In this document: piece after piece, positions 28,505-39,900 of the stretch
Numbering within the stretch: position 1 is the first letter of the stretch
Layout of the letters: every line of letters starts with the position of its first letter
IMG/VR virus record: IMGVR_UViG_3300027973_000044
Location: 1 to 64,000 of that record
DNA length: 64,000 nt
From: a virus
Direction: 5' to 3' (one strand)
Notes under the pieces: model-generated
Told to the model about the DNA's origin: nothing
What the model saw: the letters and a program-made list of their open reading frames with translations, nothing else
Database searches by the model: none
Position numbers and translations under genes: made by a program

Positions 28505-28967
28505 CCGTCACTGCTTCGGCCTCAGCTTCAATTACCTTAGCATCTTCTAATATCTTTTTGAACACTTCATCCCTGGTTAAGAGCAATTTCTCATCTTTCT
28601 TGCTATCTTCTTTGAGCATTTTACGCGATTCAATATCCATCACTTTTAAATCCTTGGCACTATCCCGCTTCATTTGTGTTATGTGAATATCTTTGATTAT
28701 GGATAGAGCGCTAGAAACAGCCTTAAGCGCTTCCGATAGAGCTTCAACTTCTCGGCTCTCAGGATTACTCATGACGTATTCTTTCACACCTTCAACAATA
28801 TCTAACCCCTGTGTAACAAGTTTACCCGTACTGTTGAGTACGAAGTTTTCAAGATTTTCTCTTGGCAGATTGAAATCTGCCTTTTCAGCGACTTCTTTGC
28901 TTGTATTAGAACTTATCTTAAGTTGTTCAATCAGATCGTTTACGCTAAATTCTTTGTCATCAGCCAT
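28473..28967 (-). CDS. gp16: Terminase small subunit (T4 gp16-like)
   Basis: GLDIVEGV..YVMSNPESREVEALSEALKAV resembles the gp16 (S/H)PR.YEV helix region; start ATG 28967 four nt after GATAAATA (28972-28979, minus). Confidence 0.6.
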   Translation of the reverse strand: MADDKEFSVNDLIEQLKISSNTSKEVAEKADFNLPRENLENFVLNSTGKLVTQGLDIVEGVKEYVMSNPESREVEALSEALKAVSSALSIIKDIHITQMKRDSAKDLKVMDIESRKMLKEDSKKDEKLLLTRDEVFKKILEDAKVIEAEAEAVTVTLHPTLSSS

Positions 28968-28981
28968 ACTATATTTATCAC

Positions 28982-29009
28982 TTGAAATCAAAGTACCATA
29001 AGATATAAT
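28982..29009 (+). promoter_or_regulatory. Sigma70-like early promoter of dut-gp44
   Basis: TTGAAA-N16-TATAAT, ATG 29016 six nt downstream. Confidence 0.65.
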
Positions 29010-29015
29010 CTTATT

Positions 29016-29459
29016 ATGAGCTTACCTAACTACGTACCTTCAATAAGATTTGAGAAATTTCACCCAGATGCACAGCTACCCAAAAAGAACTTTGACACAG
29101 ATTCAGGTTGGGATTTATTTGCTGTAGAGAGCATATCGATTCCACCTAGGAGCAGATTGGTCGTCCCAGCGGGCTTGAAGCTTGCTTACCTGGAGCCAGG
29201 ATACTGGTTGAGTGTTGAATCTAGATCAGGATTAAGCTTCAAGAGCGGGGTGCTTGCCCACCCAGGTGTTATCGATCAAAATTATCGAGGAGATTTAGGT
29301 GTATTGCTCTATAATCATAATGAACAGCCCTATCAAGTTAATAAGGGAGATAGAATTGCACAATTAGTTGTACACTATAATATTCACATGCAGGTTGATT
29401 GGGGCACGGTGCAAGCAACGGATCGTGGAGCGAGTGGGTTTGGCAGTAGCGGTAAATAA
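29016..29459 (+). CDS. dut: Trimeric dUTPase
   Basis: SGWDL, SRSGLS, GVIDQNYRG, GDRIAQL, RGASGFGSSG. Confidence 0.95.
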   Translation: MSLPNYVPSIRFEKFHPDAQLPKKNFDTDSGWDLFAVESISIPPRSRLVVPAGLKLAYLEPGYWLSVESRSGLSFKSGVLAHPGVIDQNYRGDLGVLLYNHNEQPYQVNKGDRIAQLVVHYNIHMQVDWGTVQATDRGASGFGSSGK

Positions 29460-29460
29460 G

Positions 29461-30393
29461 ATGGACGTAGACAAGATCTGGACAGAGAAATACCGGCCAC
29501 AAACCCTGGATGATATTGTACTCTCAGGTGGGACCAGAGAAATACTTGAATCATTTGTAAAGAATGATGAGATCCCTAATTTATTATTCTGTGGACATGC
29601 AGGTATAGGTAAAACGACCACTTCCAAGGTACTGATCAATTTACTGGACGCAGAAAATATATATCAGAATTGTTCTGAAGTAGGTATTGATGCAGTCCGA
29701 AATGATATTACTGGATTCAGCAGAACAAAGAGTTTCAATGGAAAGAAGAAGATTGTTTTGTTAGATGAGGTTGATGGAATGGCATCGATAGATGCTCAGA
29801 GATCTCTTAGAAACGTTCTGGAAGAATATGCAGGTCATTGTAGGTTTATTTTAACCTGCAATTATAAACACCGTGTTATTGTACCTCTGCAAAGCAGATG
29901 CCAGTCGATTGATTTAGATCCCAAGATTGCTGATGTTGTTAAGAGGTGTTATAATATATTAAAAATCGAGAAAATTAATATTGAAGAAGAGAATAAGACC
30001 AAATTAATCAATTTAATTAGAAAATATTTTCCTGATATACGCAAGTGTATTAATGAAATGCAGAAGTTTAGCTCAACAGGGTCTTTGTTGATTCCAGATT
30101 TAAATATTCAAGATCAATTCTCCGAAAAGATCATTCAACTCGTTTTAACCAAGAAAGTATTGCAAGCTCGCAAATTTATCATCGAGAATGAAACTTCGTT
30201 TAATGGTGATTACCCTGTGCTCATGAAGTTTGTCTTTGATAATATTTGCAATGGCAATTACGCATTAACAGAAAATCAGAAAAGACTCTGGCTTGTTACT
30301 ATTGGTGAATACATGTATAGATCTGCTCTTGTTTTGGATCAAGAGATTAATTTTTATTGCTTACTATTAGCGTTGTCTGAGATTAGCGCTTAG
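29461..30393 (+). CDS. gp44: Clamp loader large subunit (T4 gp44 / RFC-like AAA+)
   Basis: WTEKYRP, GHAGIGKTT, LLDEVDG, LTCNY, LQSRC, FPDIRK, DQEIN; start ATG 29461. Confidence 0.93.
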   Translation: MDVDKIWTEKYRPQTLDDIVLSGGTREILESFVKNDEIPNLLFCGHAGIGKTTTSKVLINLLDAENIYQNCSEVGIDAVRNDITGFSRTKSFNGKKKIVLLDEVDGMASIDAQRSLRNVLEEYAGHCRFILTCNYKHRVIVPLQSRCQSIDLDPKIADVVKRCYNILKIEKINIEEENKTKLINLIRKYFPDIRKCINEMQKFSSTGSLLIPDLNIQDQFSEKIIQLVLTKKVLQARKFIIENETSFNGDYPVLMKFVFDNICNGNYALTENQKRLWLVTIGEYMYRSALVLDQEINFYCLLLALSEISA

Positions 30394-30985
30394 GTAGATA
30401 ACGGGCTGTGCCCTTGGAAACGGCAGGATCCTTGACACCTTCTGCAGGAGAGCTAGGAATCTTAACATTTACATTATTAAGCTTGCGATCACCCTCAGAG
30501 TCCTTCTTATCACCCAGATCGCTTGTGCCTGTCTGTCGGTGCGGGGAAGTCATAATCTCGTCTTCATCCTTAATATCCACAGGCTTTGGTTCAATGTTTA
30601 TGTCACCTTTTCTTTTTAAACTATCTGGTACTGGGGCAAGATTTGGATAGGTATCAATATATGTCAAGAGATGTGCAGGTATTGTTAAAAATTCCTTATA
30701 TATGCCTGGTGCAATCTCTAGAGTAACGTCAACCAAGAAAGATTCAGCTTCGTTCTGCACGTCACCTGAATGAATAGTGGGGCGAACAGCTTTGATAGCA
30801 CTTACACGCATGTTTAAACCGCTATCATTAAAATATTTGGCTCTTTCAACGTAGTTTTGACCTTGTTTACTGAAGAATTCGTCTTTAAATGCACCCTCGA
30901 TAAACTTAACAAGATCCCCTGTTAGAAAGCCACCACGTGTAAACCGTTGAATAGAGGACTCATATAATTTGACGAACTTGTTCAT
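30383..30985 (-). CDS. Hypothetical late protein
   Basis: 200 aa; TATAAATA at 30992-30999 (minus); N-terminus MNKFVKLYES. Confidence 0.65.
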   Translation of the reverse strand: MNKFVKLYESSIQRFTRGGFLTGDLVKFIEGAFKDEFFSKQGQNYVERAKYFNDSGLNMRVSAIKAVRPTIHSGDVQNEAESFLVDVTLEIAPGIYKEFLTIPAHLLTYIDTYPNLAPVPDSLKRKGDINIEPKPVDIKDEDEIMTSPHRQTGTSDLGDKKDSEGDRKLNNVNVKIPSSPAEGVKDPAVSKGTARYLPKR

Positions 30986-30991
30986 ATTACA

Positions 30992-31040
30992 TATTTATAG
31001 TTTCATAACCACTTTTAGAACAAATATCCATGTATAAATA
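30992..31040. promoter_or_regulatory. Divergent late promoter pair
   Basis: TATAAATA on minus (30992-30999) and on plus (31033-31040, five nt before ATG 31046). Confidence 0.7.
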
Positions 31041-31045
31041 ATTTT

Positions 31046-31513
31046 ATGGCAGCGATCGTTGTTAATGCTTTTAGCTTACCTGTTTCAGGGGCAATATATA
31101 CGGATCTACTTTTGGATCTAAAGCTTAATTACACTCAAAACAAGCAACTAGGGAAAAGACGCGAGATCAAGGATTTACAGCGATCTGAGGATATTGGGGC
31201 TATTCAAAATAGCTTGTTCAATCTTTTTACAACTATGCCAGGTCAGAAAATACTTAACCCTATTTTTGGGTTGAACCTTGCACAATATCTATTTGTTCCG
31301 ATATCTGTGACTCAAGCTAGAATCATTGGTGAATCGATTTTTACAGGTATTAAGAAATTTGAACCTCGAGTACTTTTACGAAATATAAACGTTGAAACTG
31401 ATTATGATAATAATCAATATAATATCTTCATGATAATTGATGTTCCTACGTTAAATATCCAAGGAGTAGGACTAAAAGGAGTATTAAACGATTCAGGATA
31501 TTATTTTAATTAA
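31046..31513 (+). CDS. gp25: Baseplate wedge protein (gp25-like)
   Basis: YTDLLLDL, AIQNSLFNLFTTMPGQKILNPIFG, LF.P, FEPRV. Confidence 0.88.
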   Translation: MAAIVVNAFSLPVSGAIYTDLLLDLKLNYTQNKQLGKRREIKDLQRSEDIGAIQNSLFNLFTTMPGQKILNPIFGLNLAQYLFVPISVTQARIIGESIFTGIKKFEPRVLLRNINVETDYDNNQYNIFMIIDVPTLNIQGVGLKGVLNDSGYYFN

Positions 31514-31515
31514 TT

Positions 31516-33390
31516 ATGAGCGACATCACATCAAACCCATTTAATTTGCCTTTTAACGCCTATGCTGCGTTTGATGCAACAAATTTAAAAACACTCATGA
31601 TACAGCGCCTCAATGAGGGCAATGTATTTACAGATCAAATTTATGAGGGTAGTAATTTTAATAGCTTACTCGACGTGATTGCGTATAGCTATAATGTTCT
31701 ACTTTTTTATCTCAACAAGACAGCGAGTGAGAGTATGTTTAGTCAAGCTCAGCTGTACGAGAACATGAACCGTATTGTTAAAGCACTTAATTATAATCCA
31801 ATTGGATTTCAATCGAGTGTAGTTGCCTTTGAGGCTACAGCACCAACAACTCTTCCTGCAGGGGTATATACAATTCCAAGATATTCTTATTTCACTGTGA
31901 ACGGTATACCATATTCTTTTGTACAGGATGCAACGTTCATTAAAACAACAGACGCAAGAGAAGTACTTACTCAATTCAATAACTCGACTCTGTTATATCA
32001 AGGAATTTTTATACCATACCCTCTGTATGTTGCTAATGGCTCACCGTTTGAGGAATTTTCACTAGCAGCAGTTTCTGAGCAAGGTTCAAATGAATTGATA
32101 GATCATACAAATATCTATGTGTATGTAACGAACGATGCAGGTCAATATGAACAATGGAATAGAGTTAATAGTCTATATCTAGAAGATCCAAATAGTAAGA
32201 GTTTTGAATGCAGGTTCAATGAAAACCAGAGATACACTATTAAGTTTGGAAATAATGTTAATGGCAAGCAGTTGAAACCAACTAGTGTTGTGTCTATTTT
32301 TTATCTCAAGAGCGATGGAACAGCGGGAGAAATTGGCCCTAATGTTCTTGACAATAATAAGTTATTCTTGTTTAACGAGCCACAATTCAACACAATTTTT
32401 AATGACATTAAGTCAAATCTAACTTATGTAAATGCAGATCAAGCTGCAAATCTAACCTTCATAAATCCTGCAGCAAGTACAGCATTTACAAATGTAGAAG
32501 ATGCATTAAGCATCAGAAGTAATGCTGCTAACACATTCAAAACGCAGTACAGACTCATTACCACGAGTGACTTCGAAACTTTTATTAAAAATAATTTCAG
32601 CAATGTACTCAACGATGTTAAGGTAGTGAACAACTGGGAATATCTAGCTGAACACGTTAGATACCTTTACAATATTGGGCTTGAAGTACCTAATAACGAT
32701 AGCCGGGTATTATTTAACCAAGTGACATTTGCTGATAGTTGTGACTTCAACAACATATATGTTTACGCTGTGCCAAAATTACAAAATAGTAATATGAATA
32801 GTACTAAATTAAGAAATAATTTTCTTGGAACAGGGTTAAAGGATAAGATCATTAATGAACTACTGGACGTAAAGATGACTACTTCGGAAATTGTTATTAT
32901 GGATCCAGTGTATGTTGCAGTTGGTCTGGGTGTTGCTAGCAATGAAGAAATAAGCAACGACCTTCTGACATCAGATATTATTTCTGAAACCAAGCTAGTT
33001 ATTGGAAGGTCTCCCAACAGTCGCTATTCTGAAAACGAGGTGAAAAACCAAGCGGTCAATATTCTCAAGGATTACTTTAGTGTGGAAAATGCTAAGCTTG
33101 GACAATTCATTAATCTTGATTTTCTTACAACTAAGATCTTCAACATCCCAGGGGTCACTTCTGTGAGCTGTACCCGGTCAGTGAATGGGCAACAAATTAC
33201 AAGGAGTGGTCTCAGTTTATTAGTTTTTAACCCCGTCTATAGTGAGCCTGGAGAGGATATAAATGTAATCAATCAGAGTATTACCTTACCATATTTTAAG
33301 ATTCCCTATATCTACAATCCGGATGCTATCTTTGGCAATATCGAAATAGTTACACCTGATTCGCAGGAAGCTAGCTTACGGGAGTACTAA
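31516..33390 (+). CDS. gp6: Baseplate wedge protein (gp6-like)
   Basis: FTDQIYEGSN...LLDVIAY, ESMFSQAQL, IKFGNNVNGK, YLKSDG.AG, QYRLITTSDFE. Confidence 0.88.
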   Translation: MSDITSNPFNLPFNAYAAFDATNLKTLMIQRLNEGNVFTDQIYEGSNFNSLLDVIAYSYNVLLFYLNKTASESMFSQAQLYENMNRIVKALNYNPIGFQSSVVAFEATAPTTLPAGVYTIPRYSYFTVNGIPYSFVQDATFIKTTDAREVLTQFNNSTLLYQGIFIPYPLYVANGSPFEEFSLAAVSEQGSNELIDHTNIYVYVTNDAGQYEQWNRVNSLYLEDPNSKSFECRFNENQRYTIKFGNNVNGKQLKPTSVVSIFYLKSDGTAGEIGPNVLDNNKLFLFNEPQFNTIFNDIKSNLTYVNADQAANLTFINPAASTAFTNVEDALSIRSNAANTFKTQYRLITTSDFETFIKNNFSNVLNDVKVVNNWEYLAEHVRYLYNIGLEVPNNDSRVLFNQVTFADSCDFNNIYVYAVPKLQNSNMNSTKLRNNFLGTGLKDKIINELLDVKMTTSEIVIMDPVYVAVGLGVASNEEISNDLLTSDIISETKLVIGRSPNSRYSENEVKNQAVNILKDYFSVENAKLGQFINLDFLTTKIFNIPGVTSVSCTRSVNGQQITRSGLSLLVFNPVYSEPGEDINVINQSITLPYFKIPYIYNPDAIFGNIEIVTPDSQEASLREY

Positions 33391-33393
33391 TCT

Positions 33394-36300
33394 ATGCCGA
33401 CGTTAACGGCAGTACAGATTAAAGTCACTGTATTTGATGTGGCTGATGCTGCACCTACATATACGAGTTATACGCTTGAAAATACACCTTTTCTTATCAC
33501 GCCAAATTGGATAGATAGTATAGAGCAACTAAACTATAGTCAGTATGAGATAATATGGGATCTGGGTGATGGTACTTATATTACTGGAGCAAGTGCCAGA
33601 CATACATACAAATACCCGGGTATCTATAATGTAACAGCAACGTTTTTTGATAGTCAGGGTGAAGCTTATACACTAGCGGCTCCGGCGAGCTTAACAGCTT
33701 TCAATGCAGTACCCGATACAATTGTCTTTAGTAACCTTTTACCTACAGAAAATGATGGTATATATTTGTTACCAGCGGGAAAAAGAAGTAAATCTCTTGA
33801 AGTATTTCGTTTTAATAGTTGGCAGAATGATCAATTTTTAGCAGAAGATAATTACACTATTAATTTTTACGCATCTGGTAGTAATAGTAGCTTTTTATCA
33901 GTATCATCCTACTACACAGACAAATACGCACATCTTAGAACATATTTTGGCTTTGTTGAAGCTACTGTCAATGCTGATGGAATCATTGATACAAAATTAG
34001 TTGACTCCACATCGACTTCTTCGGTCAGTGTCTACGCAGTTCCAACAAAGCGTCCATTTTCATGGGATATCGATCTTTCTTTCTATAGCATGCCTGTCGA
34101 TGGTTCAGCTTTCGCTGGTACTTCCGGGTCCACGCTTGACGGTCATATTGTTAGTTATGTTGACCAAACACCTAGCGATTCTTCTAGAAATGATTTAATT
34201 TTCTTATTTGCTCAACCAAGAACTACCAGATTTTATGATTATGGAAATATCAATAATAACTACTATCCAAGTATAAATTTTCCTACCTATGGCTACATTA
34301 ACGTGCCCTGGAAGGTGCAGTTTCTAAAATCTGTCTTTAACCCTGCAGCAAGCGTTGCTATTACCAGCAACGGAATTACAGCTGAAGGTGTGCAAGACAC
34401 AGTCGGTCCACTCACAGGTGAATATTTGCACTCTTTTAACATTTACCCAACCAAATGGACAGATACAGATATTGCATTTTGTTGCACATTCAAGGATAGT
34501 GAGAATTATACAACAAAATGTTATCCACCAATAACCGGTTTTAGGTTTGATGGGCAAGATCCAACACAAGTTAATACGATTAGTATTGGACTATACAAAT
34601 ATGTGCCGCTCGACCCGTTGAATTTTACTAACACTTCTCCAACCAGTACAATTCAAGTAACCGGGGCAACATTTACCCGTAATCCATCACCGCCTTTCTT
34701 TGAAAAGAGTGGTAGTTATTTTTGTGGTTTGTTAAACTGCAGCGAAGAAGCTCGTACTGCAGTTATTAGTGCAGCTGTTCTAATTCAGGACAGTCCACCT
34801 CTCAATTTGGGCATCACATATGGCTTTGCAGCTCAACCTGGCAGAGGTGATTTTAAAAGATTCAGAAAACGAGCTATCTTTAGTAACTGTGATGTTGAAG
34901 CACTATCATTTGATATTGTGGGTGAATCAACAACATATTCGGATGATCAAACTTCGAATGTAGGCATATCGTATGCCCCTTTGGAGGATTATAATGTTGG
35001 TCAAAATAGAGTCTATATAACAGATTCTGACAATGATAAGATTTTTGTCTACACGGTTTCAGGTGCTCCTGTTGCAACAATTGATCTTGCTGCCGCGGCA
35101 ACATATCGCGGTGTCGATGTTGCACCAGATTTAGCTAGCTACAAAGGCAGTCTGGATAGCGCTAGCCCTTCGAATGTCACCATTGATAGCACCGGAAACG
35201 CTTGGATAAGTCTTTATGATGCCATCTCTGCAATAAAGCTAGATGCCAGTACATTGAATGTTGTGGCACATGCAGAGCCAAATTTACAGAATATTGCATA
35301 TACAGACTACAGACTTTATGTCACACTCAAGAATCAATTGAGCGGATTTGTTGGTGAAAACTCTCTTCTGCCTACATGTGTTGATGCAGGTGTTGATGAC
35401 ACTGTATTTGTGGGGTACAGTCATCCAGTGAGCGGCTTTATCTTTAAATACTCTTCCACAGGGGAGTATCTGAGTGCAGTGCCACTAAGCCCACTTTACT
35501 CTGTGCAAGAAATTATAGTTGACAGAGAGAACAACATATGGGCTGCAGTTAAGAATCTACAATCAAATCGAAGTGCGAATCCATTTCAAAATACTGATTT
35601 AATATATAAATGGGATAGCAATTTTAATCTGCAACCTAACTTCCCAATAAGCTCGCTCGCTAATATTGGAAATATAACTATTGATTTGAACCAAAATCTT
35701 TGGGTGAACAATGGAGTATCAAAAGTCACAAAGATATCTCCAGCAGGGCAGCTAGCCGATATTATTATTGGTAGTCAAGTCAATAGTGCTAGGTATTATC
35801 AGCCCATAGGCGGCATTGCCTGTGACAATGAAGGCTTTCTCTGGGTTCTACACAATTATAATGCACAAATATATTTCTATCCTATTACGGATCTACAACA
35901 ACTTCCGCTTTCGGCCATTTATAGCGGCGTGTTACCTGATACACAGTACACAGTGGCCGATGGTTCACGAGCCTTTTACAGTGTGTTTGGCGACTGGACT
36001 GGCATAAGATGGATTAACAAATACGTTAGTCCTATTAATCCGTTTCCAAGAATTATCCGGGGAAGTAGTAACCTTTTCGATATTCTCAAGAGATCTCCAA
36101 TCGTTAATAAAATTAATGAGAATTTCGATCAAGCAGCAGCTTACAAGAGTTACATATTGCAAGAATCTCTATTTGATAGGACTAAATTGCTAGATGATTT
36201 CCTGGGTCAAATAGTTGGCAATGTTGATAGCCCACCGGAAACTCTTGGTAAAGAAATTTATGAGAAAATAGCTAATTTTGTTGGCAATATATCTGATCCC

Positions 36301-36918
36301 GATACATGTAATATTTCCGCACTCAAAAGTTTATTTGAGCAGTATGGTCTAAATTTTTATGACTTTTGTTCGCAATATCCTTCAGAGCTAACCCGTGCTA
36401 TGGATATCTTGAGTATTAATCAACGAAAACTGTTTGGTAGTCCAAATACATTCAGTGCAAATTTCGGGATAAGTGCTTATGATTATGGTGCTGGAAAAAA
36501 TTTAGGCGAGCAAATTGATATTTTAACTGGAACATTTAATGTGGGTACCCCAATTGTAATATATGAAAAATTTAGCGGAATATACAAAAAAGTTTATAAC
36601 ACTGTTGTACCTGTAACAAATGGTCTATCTGCAGTCATTGGCCAGGAGTACCCGCTGAGTGGTGTCAATTACAATTGGGGCTGGGGATTGGTCACTGGTA
36701 ACAATGCACAGTCAGGAATCGATATTGCACCATACTATAATTTTTATAAATACAAGGCATATATGCCTTTAGAAATGGTTGACGGGGTTATTGATTTCAA
36801 AAATAATCTCACCACAGTAACACCAGCTCAGAGTAGTTATGAAAATTGGACTCAGTATGGTGGCACAATGGAGGCCATACTCTCTCGAGCGCTATACAAT
36901 GGATTGGAGATGTTGTGA
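33394..36918 (+). CDS. Large baseplate/tail protein: PKD domain, beta-propeller and gp7/P2-gpI-like C-terminal region
   Basis: WDLGDG...HTYKYPGIYNVT (PKD); repeated (I)D..GN.W(V/I) blades; NFVGNISDPDTCNISALKSL; follows gp6. Confidence 0.65.
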   Translation: MPTLTAVQIKVTVFDVADAAPTYTSYTLENTPFLITPNWIDSIEQLNYSQYEIIWDLGDGTYITGASARHTYKYPGIYNVTATFFDSQGEAYTLAAPASLTAFNAVPDTIVFSNLLPTENDGIYLLPAGKRSKSLEVFRFNSWQNDQFLAEDNYTINFYASGSNSSFLSVSSYYTDKYAHLRTYFGFVEATVNADGIIDTKLVDSTSTSSVSVYAVPTKRPFSWDIDLSFYSMPVDGSAFAGTSGSTLDGHIVSYVDQTPSDSSRNDLIFLFAQPRTTRFYDYGNINNNYYPSINFPTYGYINVPWKVQFLKSVFNPAASVAITSNGITAEGVQDTVGPLTGEYLHSFNIYPTKWTDTDIAFCCTFKDSENYTTKCYPPITGFRFDGQDPTQVNTISIGLYKYVPLDPLNFTNTSPTSTIQVTGATFTRNPSPPFFEKSGSYFCGLLNCSEEARTAVISAAVLIQDSPPLNLGITYGFAAQPGRGDFKRFRKRAIFSNCDVEALSFDIVGESTTYSDDQTSNVGISYAPLEDYNVGQNRVYITDSDNDKIFVYTVSGAPVATIDLAAAATYRGVDVAPDLASYKGSLDSASPSNVTIDSTGNAWISLYDAISAIKLDASTLNVVAHAEPNLQNIAYTDYRLYVTLKNQLSGFVGENSLLPTCVDAGVDDTVFVGYSHPVSGFIFKYSSTGEYLSAVPLSPLYSVQEIIVDRENNIWAAVKNLQSNRSANPFQNTDLIYKWDSNFNLQPNFPISSLANIGNITIDLNQNLWVNNGVSKVTKISPAGQLADIIIGSQVNSARYYQPIGGIACDNEGFLWVLHNYNAQIYFYPITDLQQLPLSAIYSGVLPDTQYTVADGSRAFYSVFGDWTGIRWINKYVSPINPFPRIIRGSSNLFDILKRSPIVNKINENFDQAAAYKSYILQESLFDRTKLLDDFLGQIVGNVDSPPETLGKEIYEKIANFVGNISDPDTCNISALKSLFEQYGLNFYDFCSQYPSELTRAMDILSINQRKLFGSPNTFSANFGISAYDYGAGKNLGEQIDILTGTFNVGTPIVIYEKFSGIYKKVYNTVVPVTNGLSAVIGQEYPLSGVNYNWGWGLVTGNNAQSGIDIAPYYNFYKYKAYMPLEMVDGVIDFKNNLTTVTPAQSSYENWTQYGGTMEAILSRALYNGLEML

Positions 36919-39900
36919 GTAATCTATATACATTTCAAAATAGTATTATTGAAGGGTCCTTAACACCACTAGATACCTACGCACCAGTTAGCTTTCTAAC
37001 TTGGTTTAATCAGAAAAATTACACAACAGTAGATCTAGATGCACTGTTTCTTCAGTATAAGCAGTATATTATTGAATGGGGCAGAACAAAAAAAGTAAAT
37101 GCAGCTAAAGTAAACGAAACAATCAGAGACTCTTATATTCAGGTATTGCGGGAGCTAATAATTGATTATAGTACTGAAGAAGAGAAACGCTTCATTACAA
37201 ATGCTGATCTTTCAGATCCCAGTGATCTTGATATCGTATTGCCTTTTTTTATTAACAAGATTAAGCAGGTTTGCTTGTATTACGCCAATACAAGAGAAAA
37301 TCTTAAAACAGCTCAAATACAACATAATCTTCGTGGCAGTAATTACGGCATAGAGAACCTTGTCAAGCAGTTAATTTTTGATGCTGCACAGACAAATCAA
37401 GTTTTGTTTGCACAGACCACTTGCAATTTTCCTCCCATTTCAGCTATTGCAAGACAACTTAGCATTTATATTGAAGAATTATATGATCTCAAATCGGATT
37501 ACTATAATCAAGGAACTCCTTCACCCACCAAGAGTACTGATATCGTCAATCTTGCCACACCAAATAAAGCATATGAGAGGTTGTATATTGATTTTAAGCA
37601 AGCAATTATAGATGCAATACGACAGTATCCATTTTATATCACATCTCTTGGGATTAATAATTTTACTGTTAACCCTTATCTCTCTGGTACTGAGTTAAAC
37701 TATTTAAAAAATCGTGACTTCATAACCTATCTAAGCGGTGGTACTGAAGATCTTAAATTAAATTTATATAAGCGGCTTGCTCCAAAATATCTTGGCAACG
37801 ATTTCTATTACCTTAGCACTGGTAGCACGCGCACTGATTTTGTTTCTGGTCTTCTGTTTTCTATAAAACCATTGACTGGTGCACCTACCTTGAATCTTTT
37901 AAACAGACAGACACCATCGGTTGCATCAGTACCAAGCCTTGAAAATCTTTACACAGAATATGAAATAGGAAGATTTTTCCTACCACAGCATCAAGGATTA
38001 TTAATACATAATACTCCGCAGAAAAAATATGCCATCGACGTTGCCCAGCTTCAATCTAATACTGTGTATGCTTTTCCAGATCCTGATATTGTTGGTAACA
38101 CCTCATACAACAACACTCAAGATAATTTTCTTGCCCCTATAGCATACACGGTGGATGTTTCATGGAACAAAAGATCCAGAAGCAATCAATTTGCGTTTGG
38201 TGATGTGCTGTCAACAAGCTACAATCAATTGTATTACGGTTATGAAAGCCGGGAGCAGGATTTGCAGCTGGATGTTTCAGGTCTCTCGCGAACATATGAT
38301 AATGTGCAGTTTTGGGAAGGCGCTCGTCAAGAACAATGGGCCAATCCTGACATATGGCCAGGTCTTAGCAGACAAGAAGCACTACCTTTAGCAGATCGTC
38401 AAGCAGCTTTATTGGTTAACGACTATACCCCCGTATACTGGGGAAGCGATATCTATAATAACGAGTACGGTCTCTTAAAAAAAGTAAGTGCACTCAAGGC
38501 TGCTTCTGCTACAACAGATAGTAACGGCATAATGCCTAATAGAAATACTACACTCGCTACTGGTGATGCTGTCACAGATCAATCCATTGCAGCAAAGAAA
38601 GTCTTGATACCGGGCAAACTTTACTTTAGAAATAGTATTACAAATACTGTATCACCGGCTAGTGCGGCCCTTAGCGCTGTGTTCTTCAAGTACCCTGCTG
38701 TCGTTAAACAGGAAATTAATGAAAGCTTGTATTATTTCAACATGTATTATGATACTTTTGTATTGGAAACCAAGAATTATGTTGTTGTTGATACTATCAT
38801 TTTTGACTATGATACACAACAAATTACTATTAATAGCAACCCTGGAACTTTCTTTGAAAAATCGCTACTTAATCCTAAGCTAGAGAAATTTGCTGGAGAA
38901 TGGTATTCTGAGTACGATAAGAGCTTGTATCTGTGTTTTCTCACTCTTGGCAATAGGTTATCAAGTTCAAATTACAAGCTACTTTATCCAAAAATATATA
39001 GAACACCGCTTACTAATATAAAACTATCTGTTGTGTATCCTGATCCAAGAAATGATATAACTGATATGTATTCTATCAGTGCAGGCTTTATAGAACCTCC
39101 ACAAATAGATTTATACGAAATTGATGGTGTGTCTTTCAGCCGTCTTGAGAAGAACAATCTATTTAATTTAACATATCTAGCTAAAAACACTAATAGTATG
39201 CCGTTTTTTGTTAACGAGCAAATTCAAAAAAATGATCCATACTATTCCTCGTATGAGCCAGAAATATTTAAACCATTTTATTTCATTTACGATAACAACT
39301 ATTCAAATCCCACGCTACCGTTCATGGTTAAGTATAATGCATCTTCAACAGGTACAATGGGTGCACATTTACCTGGAGAAAAGATTCTCGATGTTGGTCA
39401 AGAGAATATCTACAATACAACCTATCTCTATTGTGATGGTGTCAAACCTCTTCAAATCAATAACATTGGAAGATATATTATTCAATTTGATTGGGAGTCA
39501 TATAGTGAGACATCTATCTTCTTGGGTTGCAATTATTATAAAGTACGCAACATTGGTAATGATTTAATTTGGAATGCCGATACTAATGATGCACAATTAC
39601 TTGATACATATAACATTGATTATTTTGGCTCATACAGAGAAGAAATTCGGTCCACAACACAAATATTCAGCACATTTGCTTTTGGAACATCTGGACTAGA
39701 TACCACGCTATATGTTAATTCAGGCTATTTAACAGCGCCATTCTTGTCAGGTCAAAGAACATTTACCATGGATTTAAAATGGTCTCCAAGTCTAACCGCA
39801 GCACATACACCTGATTCATATATAGCTCGAGGTCTTCCCTGGGAACCGCGGGTAATACCGCCCTTCTCTAAGTTAGCACTAGAATTCTCTTTATTATCTG

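Noticed and set aside
29368-29460. N-terminal extension of the clamp loader
   Set aside because: It overlaps dUTPase; the family N-terminus (WTEKYRP) begins just after ATG 29461
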